Below are positions 1 through 40,613 of a stretch of DNA of 64,000 nt, piece after piece. A program made the position numbers and the translations under genes. The notes below the pieces were generated by a model. The model was not told where the DNA came from. It did not search any database and saw only the letters and a list, made by a program, of their open reading frames with translations. Source of the stretch: Podarcis cretensis (taxonomy: Eukaryota); assembly GCA_951804945.1 (NCBI GenBank), contig OX638149.1:108438001-108502000 (forward strand), read 5' to 3'. How positions within the stretch are numbered: the first letter of the stretch is position 1; each line of letters starts with the position of its first letter.

Positions 1-51
1 CACAGGATAACCAGAATCAAGGTTTAATGCAGAATTTATGTCCACACACAT

Positions 52-57
52 TTTATT
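52..57 (-). terminator. Candidate distal polyadenylation signal AATAAA (ATTAAA also at 23-28)
   Basis: Plus-strand tttatt at 52-57 and tttaat at 23-28, downstream of the ACVR1 3' UTR. Motif evidence only. Confidence 0.35.
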
Positions 58-1583
58 ATTGCTGGAATCGTAAGAGGGCAATTGAGCCTCCTCTAAACAG
101 ATGCAATTTTATCTCCTCCAGCACAGTCCTGCTGTGCTTGTACTATTCCTTGATGCTTCCCATGTTTCTACCATGCACTAGCAATCCTGCAAACACTTGA
201 CTTGCCACTAACAAGCAGTAGATATTGTACTACTAAGCAAGCAAACTTGAACCAGTAGTACAGATGTGCCAGAACATCCACAATTCATTAAAAAAATCAT
301 TCCTTGATAAAGGCTTTCATACTGTTAAAAGAGGACCTCATCATTAAGAAGGCATTCACAAATTAGGTTATTTCAAATTAACCATACAAATGGTAGAAGA
401 ACTAGAAGTTTGCTTTTTAAATATAGATAGGCAGTCTGGCCCACCCACCAACACATGGAAAAGTTCACTCTGATTAACCAGACAGGAGGAGATTTTTTTT
501 CTCTTCTCCTCCACCCGCCCCCAGTATCCTTATCATCATTTATTTATTTTTAGGAGGATGAAACTTTTTGTGGCAAGCCATCATTCTCCAAGCAAATACC
601 AAACTTCATCTCAACACCCTCGAAACCTTAGGGACAAATGCATCCAAACACAGACTCTTCCCAGCATTTCTTCGCAACGTGTGACCAGATCATATTACCG
701 ATTCAGTTTCCAGCCCAGCAAATCATGGCACACCTAACCCCGTCTCAGAAGAGGGGCCATGGTTTGCAGCCAGTGTTAGACATGCTCAGAGTAGACCCGC
801 CGAAACTAAGAACATGACTGAGTTCCATCAAGTTCAATGGGTCCAACTCTAAGAAGAACCGAGTTGGAAACAACCCCATATCCTCCCGCCCCCTGTATTC
901 AGTAACAGGCACAGCAGTGTTCCATGGAGCAAAGGCGCACAAATCAAAGCTCTTACAACGCTTCTCCCAAAAGAGCTTTCGTAAAGCAATCTGAAGGAGA
1001 ACGGGGGAAATGGAAGCTACAACAGGGCCCTGTTTCGTTTGGAACAAAGTCCATTCAGCTCGTTTCCTAAGCTTGAGGCATCGTGCTGGTTTAACGGTTG
1101 TTAGGACAGCCACTTACATTCAGCATCCATCATTTTCTCTATGAGGGCTCCACAGGGAGAACAGCTACACAGTTATAAGGCAAGGCACTCAGATCAAAAC
1201 TCTTTACTCAGGAAACTCAAGATTATTATTTTTAAAAAAACAAAAAACACCACGGTCAGAACAGCATGATCTGATTTGTTCATACATCGTCACACAATAA
1301 TCTGTGTCCTTGCGAGGTCATTGCTCCAGCACAGACCCCACCTCCCCAACAACAACTGCCCGGCATCGCAACATCAGCATCACCTTTATGAAGCATCTCT
1401 CTGGTGTTTTTCAGTGGCGTTCTGTCCTACGCCACCAGTTTGTTGACACTGCTTCTGACTTGCAGAAACAGCAAAGGCAGGGAGAAGATAATCAGTGGAT
1501 ATACGCTGGTGATGCAAAACTTTACGGTGTTTACCTCGAACCACAAGAGGCACTAACAGAACGAGGGGACATTTTCTTTCCAC

Positions 1584-2825
1584 TTGACTTGAAAATATTC
1601 TATGTCATTTATACAAATAACTGCTAAATACAAAAAAAGGAAGTAAAATTTAAAAAATAGCTTTCTCCCCGCCCCGGTAGAGTTCATATGCACATTACGT
1701 ATATAGCTTAGAAGAAGAAAAATGCACTTTCCCATAATACGATCCATGGCCTACCATTCTGCCATTTTCTTCTGCTGCTCCCCTTTCTCTAGGATCAATA
1801 AGGTACTAGATGTGGCATCATTTGGATAATGGCTTTATATTTAAGAGAGAGATATATATCTATATAATATTTATATATAAATGTTCCGCTTATTTTGAAC
1901 TGAAAAATATATGTTACAGACCACACGCATATAAAATGTGAAGCACTTTTAAAAAGGTGATTAAAGTGTATAACTGAGAATACGGGGGGGGGGCAGGGAG
2001 AAGGACCATTTCAGGTTACACCGTGTTAAACCTCCCCCCCCCCCAAAAAAAAATACGTCTGTAAGAAATAAATGATAGAAGCCACATAAAAATAAGCTTT
2101 TAACTATTCGCACTTTCCTCAGTATTTTAAAACTGTTAAGTGCACTAATAATAAATAAAAGTTCGCAGTTTCCATATAAACAATAATTCCTAGCGTCCAG
2201 CATTATTGTAAACGGTACACATATGTAAAATGCAGCTTTAAAATAATAATAAAAAGAGTCAGTTACAAGTTCAATTTCCCAAATTGGATTTCCCATTATT
2301 ATTATTTTTTTTAAAAAAAAAAACATATCAACGAGTACAGGGCCAATCATATTTTTGGCAAGTCATGTCTTTCAAATTAAACCGTAACAGTGCAAGTAAG
2401 GAATGCAAGGAATCCCTAGTGCAATAAAGAGAAGCGCAGGCAATATTGCTGATTCGAATTGACCACTTCCACTTGGGAGCGAGACAAGGAGACACTTTCC
2501 TTTTTCTTTCTTTTCATGAAATAATAATAAAAAAAGCCATGGTTTTAATGCCCCAGTTTTGTCTTAGGACTTCTCTTCTTTCCTTCCTTCCTTCCATAGG
2601 CCACCATAGATTCAGCATTAAGTCTTTACAGATTGGCCATTTGTAAAATACCATGGACAGTCACCGATTAAGGCTCACATGGGTCTATTTCCTTTTCAAT
2701 GGCTGGTTAGGTAAACAACTCTGCCTCTGTTTGAAGCCACTTGTGGCCGGATCCTAGAGTTCATCAAGCCATTCTTCCATGCTGGACACAAGCCATGATG
2801 TCCTGTCAGCATCAGGTGTTGGTTA
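1584..2825 (-). other. ACVR1: ACVR1 3' UTR (conserved portion; may extend to ~position 30)
   Basis: Directly follows the stop codon and is AU-rich. Blocks such as TTGCATTCCTTACTTGCACTGTTAC and GTATTTAGCAGTTATTTGTATAAAT...TTTTCAAGTCAA resemble the mammalian ACVR1 3' UTR as I recall it. Confidence 0.75.
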
Positions 2826-31633
<28,808 letters not shown>

Positions 31634-31951
31634 TGTAGACCTAGGGGAAAGGGGGGGAAAAAAAGATTATTGTTTTCAAAATAAAGAGAGAACTACTTGA
31701 CTCAACTGCATACCTAAGATTAACACTGCCAACTGCCTGAGCGTCATTTGCCACTTGTTGGGTTTACCAAAACCCCAACTCTTTTCAACAACGATCTCTT
31801 AAGACAGACTTCAAGAGCCTTCGGAAGAGGGTGGATTCTGCAAGGGCAAAAGAGAAGAAAAAAGGCTTCTTCCTGAACCAAAAAGCTAAGTGTGTTCACA
31901 AGTCAAAAAGGGAGTATACATGTCCACATATCCTTGGCCTTTTCCAGTCAA

Positions 31952-32725
31952 ATACATAAGTCCAAAAGCGGTTTTAAATTCACATCACAACGACAGTATC
32001 AGAATATTTGACCTGGGAATATATCGCAAACCGTGTTCAAAACTCCAGGGAGTGATGAGATCGCTGTCTGCTGCCTTCCCTTCTGACTCCCCTTCCGTCT
32101 GGAGGAGGAAGAGTTCCAGCCTCAAAAGTGAGACTGGTGGCTGCCTGGCCTGCCTTCCCTTTTGGCTCCCCTTTCCCCTCCCCTCTGCTCAGAGTGAGAT
32201 TGCTGCCTTCCCTTTCAGCTCCTTTCCCCCTCCCCTTCCCTCCAGTGGAGGAACAGTCCCAGCCTTGGCATTTCCCCCACAACCAAAGTGTCCTGCTCCC
32301 TCCGTCTCCCCTCTCTGGCTGCTCCACTTCAGCTCAAGTGGGAACAAGCTCCCGTTTCGTTTCTACACTTGGCTGCTCCTCATCTCTCCTGCTCTCCTCA
32401 ATAGGTGGAAGGAGGACAAGGAGAGTTCATTGTTCCTCCTACCCTTTCCTACTTTCCCCACAGGGTGAGGAGGCAGTGTACAGAGAGGGGAAGGCTTCTC
32501 CTTATGAGACTCTGGGTGTGGGGGTTCCCGCTCCAGCATCTCACTCTTCCTCGGCTGCTGCTTCCTCCCCACCTCTCTCTGTCTAGGTAGCAGTTGCAAG
32601 GACGTTACCCCATTCACCTCTATGTAGTTCCATCCTTATTTCAGATATCGCGATATATTTATACGTCACAATGTTTAGCTGATGATATATCACAATGATG
32701 AAAACCGGATTATCACCCAGCCCTA
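31952..32725. mobile_element. Possible hAT-type element with pyrimidine-rich internal sequence
   Basis: Right end tatcacccagcccta, subterminal atatcg/cgatat motifs on both sides, candidate TSD ccagtcaa / ccagccaa. Left TIR not found. Confidence 0.4.
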
Positions 32726-32779
32726 CCAGCCAATCCTACAGAAGGTAATATGAACAGGGGCTTTCACAAGCATGTAATA

Positions 32780-33600
32780 ATTTATTTTATTGGAAAATTG
32801 TATTGAGTTGTCAAAAATGTACAACAAACCAAAAACAATATAAACAAAGAACATTATCTACAACAGCATTTGGAGTGGTATTACAAAAGTTCATATCACA
32901 GAATATCTGAGCAAGTGCTCAGTGATTCAGAATAGAATTCAGAGAGTATGTCCCAATAAAAGCAAATGTTCGTAAACAGAATGCAAGCCATTTAGATATG
33001 CCCTACGCAATGTAACCTGACTCATTGTAGGTTGCAGTAAATGTCCATTCTTGTTTACATAAGAAGTAAAAGGCCACCATATTGCAACAGATTCGTCTTC
33101 TTTACTTTTTTCACTAACTGCTGATTCTGTTAAGCTAATCTTTCTGACATGTCCCATGTCAGCCAGCCTTTTATAGACAATCCAGCCAACTTGGTCTGCT
33201 ATCTCAACTAGTGAAGTATCTAATTTGAAGAAAACCAGGAAAGTTGCAGTGTGCCCAGTATCTGCTTCTATGAGAGAGGTGCACTAGTCTTGTATAAACT
33301 GTGCAGTCTATAAATGCCTTTAAATATTGGCAATATTTAGCCAAATGTTTGACATATATGCTCTAGGATGGGTATCAAAGGGGATTCATATGCCACCAAC
33401 CATTTAGCCTAACTTTTCAGAGTGCTAATTGAAGTTCTAGAAATGGGGTTTCAATAACACAAGCATGTATTATTAGGGCTCCAAACGAAATGTCTGGTAT
33501 TGCTTGAGGTGATCAGCTTGCCGACCCAGTATATCAATAAAAAGGACTCCAGTAGGAAACCATGCTGAATTGTATGTGGCATTAATATTCTATCAGTCAA
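32780..33600 (-). mobile_element. Old L1/Tx1-like LINE 3' remnant
   Basis: Minus strand has a decayed ORF2-like end (..VAIWWPFTSYV..), a T-rich UTR and AATAAA near 32785. Heavily degenerate. Confidence 0.4.
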
Positions 33601-34647
33601 TACTGTCCAACAACATCTGGACAGCCATCGGTTTGTTCTAGAAAGTTAAAATTGGGAGAAGAGAGGAATCTGTATCTGTCAGAGATGTCATTCCACAAAA
33701 GCAGTTCCAAACAAGTGTGACTTTCGTGAGTTGTTGCACCAGTGATCTTAGCATAGCCTCTGGAGAAGGAGGGGACACCCCACCAAAAACTATGACAGCT
33801 AGCTATATCTTATCAGACACAATTTCTAAGAGGCAAGTCGGTGAGCTCTGAATTGGGATAGGCCCTTGCTCTTCGCCCTTTCTCACTAGGGGTCTAACCC
33901 ACTCACCACTGTGGTCGCTGGCAGATTACAATCCAGACTGAGAAAAGTGCTCTCTCTCATTTCTCATAAGATGGGCTGAGAGCCACTGTGCCTTCTTTTT
34001 TTCTGATGCACAATAATAAATTATTATCTCTCCCTGAGAAGCTCGACAAATCCACACACATCTCTGTCAGCACTGGAAAACCACTGGCAGGATAAGAGCA
34101 AATTGATGCTGTTTGAATTAGCTCCGATGCTTCCCAAATTGCTTGCATGACAGCACTGCATAGAACCTTAAGGGGAGGAGAAGAAGGGGGCTTGGCAAGG
34201 AAGATGGCAAAACTGCATCCATCGTGAACAAGTCCCACTCACCTTCACAACCCACCCACAAGTCACTGTGTAATTACTTCACAAAGCCACAGATGTCCCA
34301 ACTATAAAAATACCCCAGCAGCAGTGGTTTAAATGTTTTTATAGCGCAAGGGCAGATAGGCCTTAAATTAGCTCCCATCCCAAATCCATACTCCCCACAC
34401 AATTCAAACACAGTTTACTTTAAAAAACAAAACAAAAAAACACCTACCTCTCCTCTGTTCCCACAACATTCAGGCATGAAACAAACAAGAACACAGCCCT
34501 CCCACTTTCTATTTTCAGGTAAAGGCCTTACCTCTGTGACAAAGGGCATGGTTTACATGCGAAAGGCTGCAGGTTGAGAACCCCAAAAGACCGGGCATTG
34601 ACCCTTGTTTGAAACTCTGGAAAGTTCTGCCAGTCGACATAAAAAGT

Positions 34648-35002
34648 AAGGTAAAGTTAAAGGGACCCCTGACCATTAGGTCCAGTCGTGACTGACTCTG
34701 GGGTTGCAGCGCTCATCTCGCTTTATTGGCTGAGGGACCCGGCGTACAGCTTCTGGGTCATGTGGCCAGCATGACTAAGCCGCTTCTGGCGAACCAGAGC
34801 AGCGCACGGAAAAGCCATTTACCTTCCCGCCGGAGCGGTACCTATTTATCTACTTGCACTTCGACGTGCTTTCGAACTGCTAGGTTGGCAGGAGCAGGGA
34901 CTGAGCAACGGGGGCTCACCCGGTTACGGGGATTTGAACCGCCAACCTTCTAATCGGCAAGTCCTAGGCTCTGTGGTTTAACCCACAGCGCCACCCGCGT
35001 CC
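34648..35002 (-). mobile_element. Sauria SINE (full length)
   Basis: Minus strand begins GGACGCGGGTGGCGCTGTGGGTTAAACC and has an (ACCTTT)-type tail. Highly similar to 8732-9083. Confidence 0.93.
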
Positions 35003-37782
35003 ATAAAGGTACTGTGAACTAAATATATACTGTACAGTATAAGGCAGTTTTCTCTGTTCACACTAGTTCTTGTATCTTCCCCTCCCTCCTGTAACATCAA
35101 GTCAGAAATGAATTTGCTATTTGTTTCCTCCTCTCCACAGAGAGCAGCTTTTTTTAATGAACTCCAGAAGATGGGGATTAGATTTGAGTGTTCTCCGAAG
35201 GTCACATCCCAGAAAGAACATCAGCATGTAAAAGTGGTTCCAGACTTCATTCAGCTTTCTAGGCACAAATTGGTGAAGAAAGTATTGAAAAAATTACAGA
35301 ATGCACCAAATTGCCCACCTGATTGCGAAGTTAAATAGGGGATCCATCCAAAAGGAAAGTAAGCAAGTGAGAGATATAACCTCTTTGGTTAAAAGATGCA
35401 TGGCTTTGGCTAGAGTGATTATGAGCCATGATCAGGCATGCCATCCATATGCTGTACAATATACATTTTAAGCAACTATAGTAATATATATTAATGATTT
35501 ATATTAGAAAGACTACAAACAAAATATGGAGTCCAAGGAGATACAAGGGATTTCAGTGCAAACCCAACTGATATAGCAAAAGTCGTGCAAATTCCTTTGT
35601 GAAAGAAAGCCTTATTTTCGTTTTAGATATCTAGCAATACTTTTTTGACTCTTTAAAACCAATCAGGCTTTGGCCTATATGCTGTCTAAATGCTGTTCCT
35701 TCAAATGCTGCACAAATAATTACCAACTAAGACACAATGGGTAATAATACCCAATGTAAATCATACTCAGAGTAAGCCCATTGAAATGAACAGACTTAAG
35801 TCCACTGATGATCATTGGGGCTACTCTGAGTCATCTAGTCCAACCCCCTGGGCAAATAGCCATTCTGGTGTGGCAACCGTAACCTAGGTTTAGTTGCCAT
35901 GTGGCACCTAGCTTATATATCTAAATTTCTAACACTGAAGAGCCTAACCACAATCTTGGATTTGGAGAACACACTAAGCCAAACCATAGCTAGTTGCCAC
36001 TGCACCAAGCTAAAAGGTCAAGGGAGGAACAAAAGGAGTGGAAACTCATATCCGGAAGCCACCAAAACTACATGGTACTGGTAAATCATAATTTAGCTTA
36101 CTGTGCTGTGTGAACCAGGCTAATAATTGCAAACTAATTGTGTTTTTTATGCACCTGGAGAAATTATCAACACAGCTTTCATTGTTAAGTTGCTGCACAG
36201 ATTTCGTAAGAACAGCAACAAAAATAATAAGGAGGAATTTGCAACATCAGCTTGCCTGAAACTCAGATTCTCTGTCCTAGGGATATGGAATGAAATACTA
36301 TTTGTCTTATCAATAACCTTCCTTTTAATCAGAACAAATGGTTTAAGCAAGAATTGAAACAAGAAGGTCGACAACATTTCTTGTCTTAGTTCCAAAGAAA
36401 ACAAAGATAAACTAAAACGCTTATTTTTCAAAAAGAGAGTCCAGCTCCTTTCTACTGTATGAAGTTTTCTAAAACAAGCCAACACGCTGCCTAGGCAGCT
36501 GACAGCCCACCAAGAAACTTTTGGAAGGGATGTCAAGATCTCTTCCTGGCTGCCATTTTGCTCAGAGAAGGCAGGATCTACTGCTAAGACTGTTAATTCA
36601 AGCTGGTTAAAAATAAACCTTGAAAGAAAGCCTATTGATTTTAAACACACACACACCAACTCCACGCAAAGAGATGCCAAGAATTTCAGACCAAAAAAAG
36701 TGAGGTTCCGCCGCTACCTTTCCCTTAGATAAAAAGGAAGCCCTTGGAAAGGATGATTGTTAAAGAACGGGAGATTAGAATTATGGATGTTTGGAGAAGA
36801 AAAAAAAACCCTCTGGACATCAGTTAATTGAGCAGCCTTCTTCTGCAGCAGGCTGGGGGAGGAGGGAAGAGGGAAGAGGGAAGAAGAAGGGGGTCAAAGA
36901 TATATAAGAGGTGGCAATGAACCAAGACTTGAAGCTTGAGAGATTCCTTCAGTCCTACTTTCTATTCCTAATAGACACAACCTCTAGATATAGTATCTCA
37001 GTAGAGGCGCCCCAACTCTAACCAACAGGATTACTTACCCAGCTTTGATTTCCTATCTTGCTTGCTTTGAATTTAAATATGAATACTTCCATCTTAATGT
37101 AGCCATGGCTGTTATGTGTGCGTACAATTCCCACCCACCCCTTCCCAGGAGAGACTTACAAGCAGTCCAATAAAACCCATCTTGAATGCACACATTCAAT
37201 TTTTCCCCTCTACCTTGCTATGGCCTCTTAATCAAAACTAGTTTTCTACACACATTGCAAAAAAAAAAAAAAACACAAAAAACACCCAAAAAACATAACA
37301 GACTACTTTATATCAAACACTTTTTCAAGTCTCAAGGCTTGGATTCTGACAAAAGCGGCTTCTGTTAAAAGAAACAGTGTTGTGCTCACAGAAGAGACCC
37401 TTCCGCGACGGCCACTCGCTTTCCATTCATGAAGTGACGTTAGAATCCAAGCTGCATACGTCACTCAAGACACAAATATTAGATAGTGGCATTCCTCACA
37501 AGAAAAACAGCACTGTTGCTATCATTTGGCTCCCCCCATCACGTTTTAGCTATCTCTGCACACACAAATCTATGAATGATTTTGTTTTAGGAGATTAGCA
37601 AACAACCTTCAGTAGCTACAATTTTGCAAGATTACCAAAGCTAAACCTTTAGTATTGCCTCACTGTGTTGGCTTATATGTCTGCACTACACAAAGGTTTT
37701 GAGTAACTTGTTTCGTCAACTCTCTAAGCTTTGTGTAAAGCTATATATCTTGTTTGCATTGCTAGCAAACAAGATGTTGCCA

Positions 37783-37900
37783 TCTGATGAAGCAAGGACA
37801 TATGATGAGGTGGACTCTGGTCCACAAAACCGTAGGCAGTAATAAATTTGTTTAGCCTTTAAAATGCTACTTTGTTCTTTTTTCAGTTACAGACTACAAA
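37783..37900 (+). mobile_element. Degenerate Penelope-like terminal remnant
   Basis: tgatgag gtggac tctg gtccac aaaa ... aataaatttgtttagcctttaaaatgctac resembles the Penelope end at 5247-5333. Confidence 0.55.
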
Positions 37901-37986
37901 AAAATTATCCCTCTGGATACAGTTAGAAAATTGTATAAAATTGCAGCTTTAAGAGTTTTTTTGGGGGCGGGGGGAACCCTCTAAAC

Positions 37987-38238
37987 CAGGGGTAGGCAAC
38001 CTAAGGCCTGGGGGTCGGATGTGGCCCAATCGCCTTCTCAATCCGGCCTGCGGACAGTCCGGGAATCAGCGTGTTTTTACATGAGTAGAATGTATCCTTT
38101 TATTTAAAATGCATCTATGGGTTATTTGTGGGACATAGGAATTTGTTCATTATTATTTTTTCAAAATATAGTCCGGCCCACCAAATGGTCTGAGAGATGA
38201 TGGACTGGCCCACGGCTGAAAAAGGTTGATGACCCCCA
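37987..38238. mobile_element. hAT-Charlie non-autonomous element (OC1-like 3' end)
   Basis: caggggtaggcaacct / aggttgatgaccccca ends. Perfect 8-bp TSD ctctaaac (37979-37986, 38239-38246). Confidence 0.85.
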
Positions 38239-38545
38239 CTCTAAACTCTATTTTCTAAACCCAAACGCTACCCCTGGCGTGGTAAATGCAGCACAAACTG
38301 TACTCTATTGTAGCATCAAAATGTGTATCAATATTTGCCAAGCTGCCCTTTTTTAAAACAAGGAAGAAAGGTGCAGACAAAAAGCTTGTGTTTGATTTAC
38401 TATCATCAATTATTATTTAAAGTATTAAAGTTTGGTATATTTCTATGATATCATTTTTAAAAAATCTTACACCTGATAGTGGGAAACGCAAAACCAATCT
38501 ATAAATTGCCTTGAGTCCCTGTGCAGGGGGCGGGGAGCTGGGGCT

Positions 38546-38701
38546 NNNNNNNNNNNNNNNNNNNNNNNNNNNNNNNNNNNNNNNNNNNNNNNNNNNNNNN
38601 NNNNNNNNNNNNNNNNNNNNNNNNNNNNNNNNNNNNNNNNNNNNNNNNNNNNNNNNNNNNNNNNNNNNNNNNNNNNNNNNNNNNNNNNNNNNNNNNNNNN
38701 N
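38546..38701. other. Assembly gap (156 N)
   Basis: Run of n. Confidence 1.
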
Positions 38702-38961
38702 TTACAAATGTGCCCACGGGCCCAAAACAGTTGACTGCTATAAAATAACAAAGCATACCATGTGCACACATGTTCACTGTGTCTCTACTCCAGAATTTTG
38801 GTTGGCTTCACTTCCTAAAGTGCAAATAAACACACACTCAGTGGCAGAGATAGGCACCCTGGGAAGGAGAGAACTGCTTCTCTAACATTTGTATGGCCAT
38901 ACAATACTGGGTTTAGAGTACTACTCCTATGTAAAGAGTTCGTATTCCTACTCATTCCTCA

Positions 38962-39276
38962 CCTTGGCCTAGTATACCTGAAGGAGTATCTCCACCCCCA
39001 ATGTACAGCCCAGACACTGAGGTCCAGCTCCAATGGCCTTTTGGCAGTTCCCTCACCGCAAGAAGTGAGGTTACAGGGAACCAGGCAGAGGGCCTTCTTG
39101 GTAGTGGCGCCCGCCCTGTGGAATGCCCTCCCATCAGATATCAAGGAAATAAACAACTATCTGACTTTTAGAAGACATCTGAAGTCAACTGTTTAAGGAT
39201 TTTTTTTCCTGTTTGATGTTTTATCGTGTTTTTAATGTTCGGTTGGGAGCTGCTCAGAGTGGCTGGGGAAACCCAG
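38962..39276 (+). mobile_element. L2-clade LINE 3' fragment (tail continues at 39684-39790 after the LTR insertion)
   Basis: Same family as 52966-53247 (cagggaaccaggcagagggccttc...gccctgtggaatgccctcccatcagat). Confidence 0.85.
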
Positions 39277-39683
39277 TGTGATGGGATGATGAGCTGCTTG
39301 TGCGTAAAAGCTTAGTCCCTCAGAGTTTGCTCAGTTTAGCTAAGCTCTGTCTTTAGTGGAGCCCTTAAGCATGGCTCCTTCAATCGCTGGCAGAATCCGA
39401 CAGTGGGCGTCTACGGAATCTACTCCAGCATAAAAGCTCCTTGACGGAAACGCGTCGTCTGGATTCACGGCGCGACAGTTTCCGGCAAGGAGTGGGTGTA
39501 CCTATGGGAGGTCCTGAGACTTCTCCGCTGTTATCGCTAGAAGATTCCCTGAGCCATCCCTTCGCTTCCCTCTCTCTCTGATCTCCCATTCTCCCCCTGC
39601 TGGTGCCTTCCTCCGCTGCTGGGTCTCTCCTGACTTCTGAGAGCCCCTCCACCTCCTGTCTTTCCGATGGCAGTTCCCTGACA
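39277..39683. mobile_element. Solo LTR (407 bp, probably Gypsy-type) inserted in the L2 tail
   Basis: Begins TGTGA, ends TGACA. 5-bp TSD cccag (39272-39276, 39684-39688) splits the L2 motif ggggaaacccag|ccagat. Confidence 0.8.
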
Positions 39684-39702
39684 CCCAGCCAGATAGGTGT
39701 AG

Positions 39703-39777
39703 TATGTATGTATGTATGTATGTATGTATGTATGTATGTATGTATGTGTAAATAAATAAATAAATAAATAAATAAAT
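39703..39777. repeat. Compound (TATG)n(TAAA)n microsatellite
   Basis: Direct reading. Confidence 0.95.
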
Positions 39778-39938
39778 AGTATTATTATTATTTTCAAAGT
39801 AAACCATTGGTTAAGATGAAATAACTGTGCAATGTAGCCTGTGTGTTGCTGGCTAAGGAAAATTAAGACCTGGATCACTCCACCGAAAACACACACAGCT
39901 CTGCCATAGATGTTCTCATCTTGGCTAATGCACTGCTA

Positions 39939-39940
<2 letters not shown>

Positions 39941-40005
<65 letters not shown>
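39941..40005. repeat. (GT)n(AT)n microsatellite
   Basis: Direct reading. Confidence 0.95.
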
Positions 40006-40008
<3 letters not shown>

Positions 40009-40613
40009 GTGTGTGCCAGACTCTCGTGCTGCATCCCCCTCACACACACAAACACACACAGCACTTATGGCAGTTACGATGCTGAGCCAGCTGCAACCCG
40101 TGCAAGACATGAGTAGGTCTTCAATCAGCTCTTTCGTTAACTTTTGTCCATTTTTATCAGGGGCCCCGATAGCCCTTTCACCTGCAACCCTTGGAACCGT
40201 AAGGCGATGTAGATGAAGGACATGCTGGTCTAACCACCAAGATACTTAAAATGTGTTAACAATGCGTTGCATTCACACTTACAGAGGAACTGATGCCATA
40301 AATAGAAGGGCAGGAATATTTCTAGCTGATGGAATTTCCACCCCTCCTCTTTCCAAGAAGTTACCAGTTGCTATCTGTGTGTCTTGCATGTTTATGGACG
40401 ATAATCAACCAGAAGAGGCGCATGTTGGTTTTTTTGGTTTTACAAAAGAGAGGAATGAGGTAAGTCAAGGTACACTTTGTTTTTGAATTTGTAAGGAAAC
40501 ATGGCAGCTGGCCGGAGAGGCCAGTAGAGAAAATCCCAAGAGTCTCTGCTCTTTCTACTTGACCAAGGACAGCTGCACATTCTGGAAGGCAGGTCCCCCT
40601 AGTTCCCACATTA

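Noticed and set aside
745-1113. 122-aa minus-strand ORF downstream of ACVR1
   Set aside because: Non-ATG start, no recognisable domain, and it lies in probable 3' UTR or flank; consistent with chance.
31890-32617. 192-aa and 152-aa ORFs as a nested gene
   Set aside because: Low-complexity Pro/Ser/Leu translations of a pyrimidine-rich repeat that is open in several frames.
36147-36680. 177-aa minus-strand ORF
   Set aside because: Non-ATG start, Leu/Phe bias from T-rich DNA and no recognised homology.
38467-38885. ORFs spanning N runs (also 50828-51241)
   Set aside because: Artefacts of assembly gaps.
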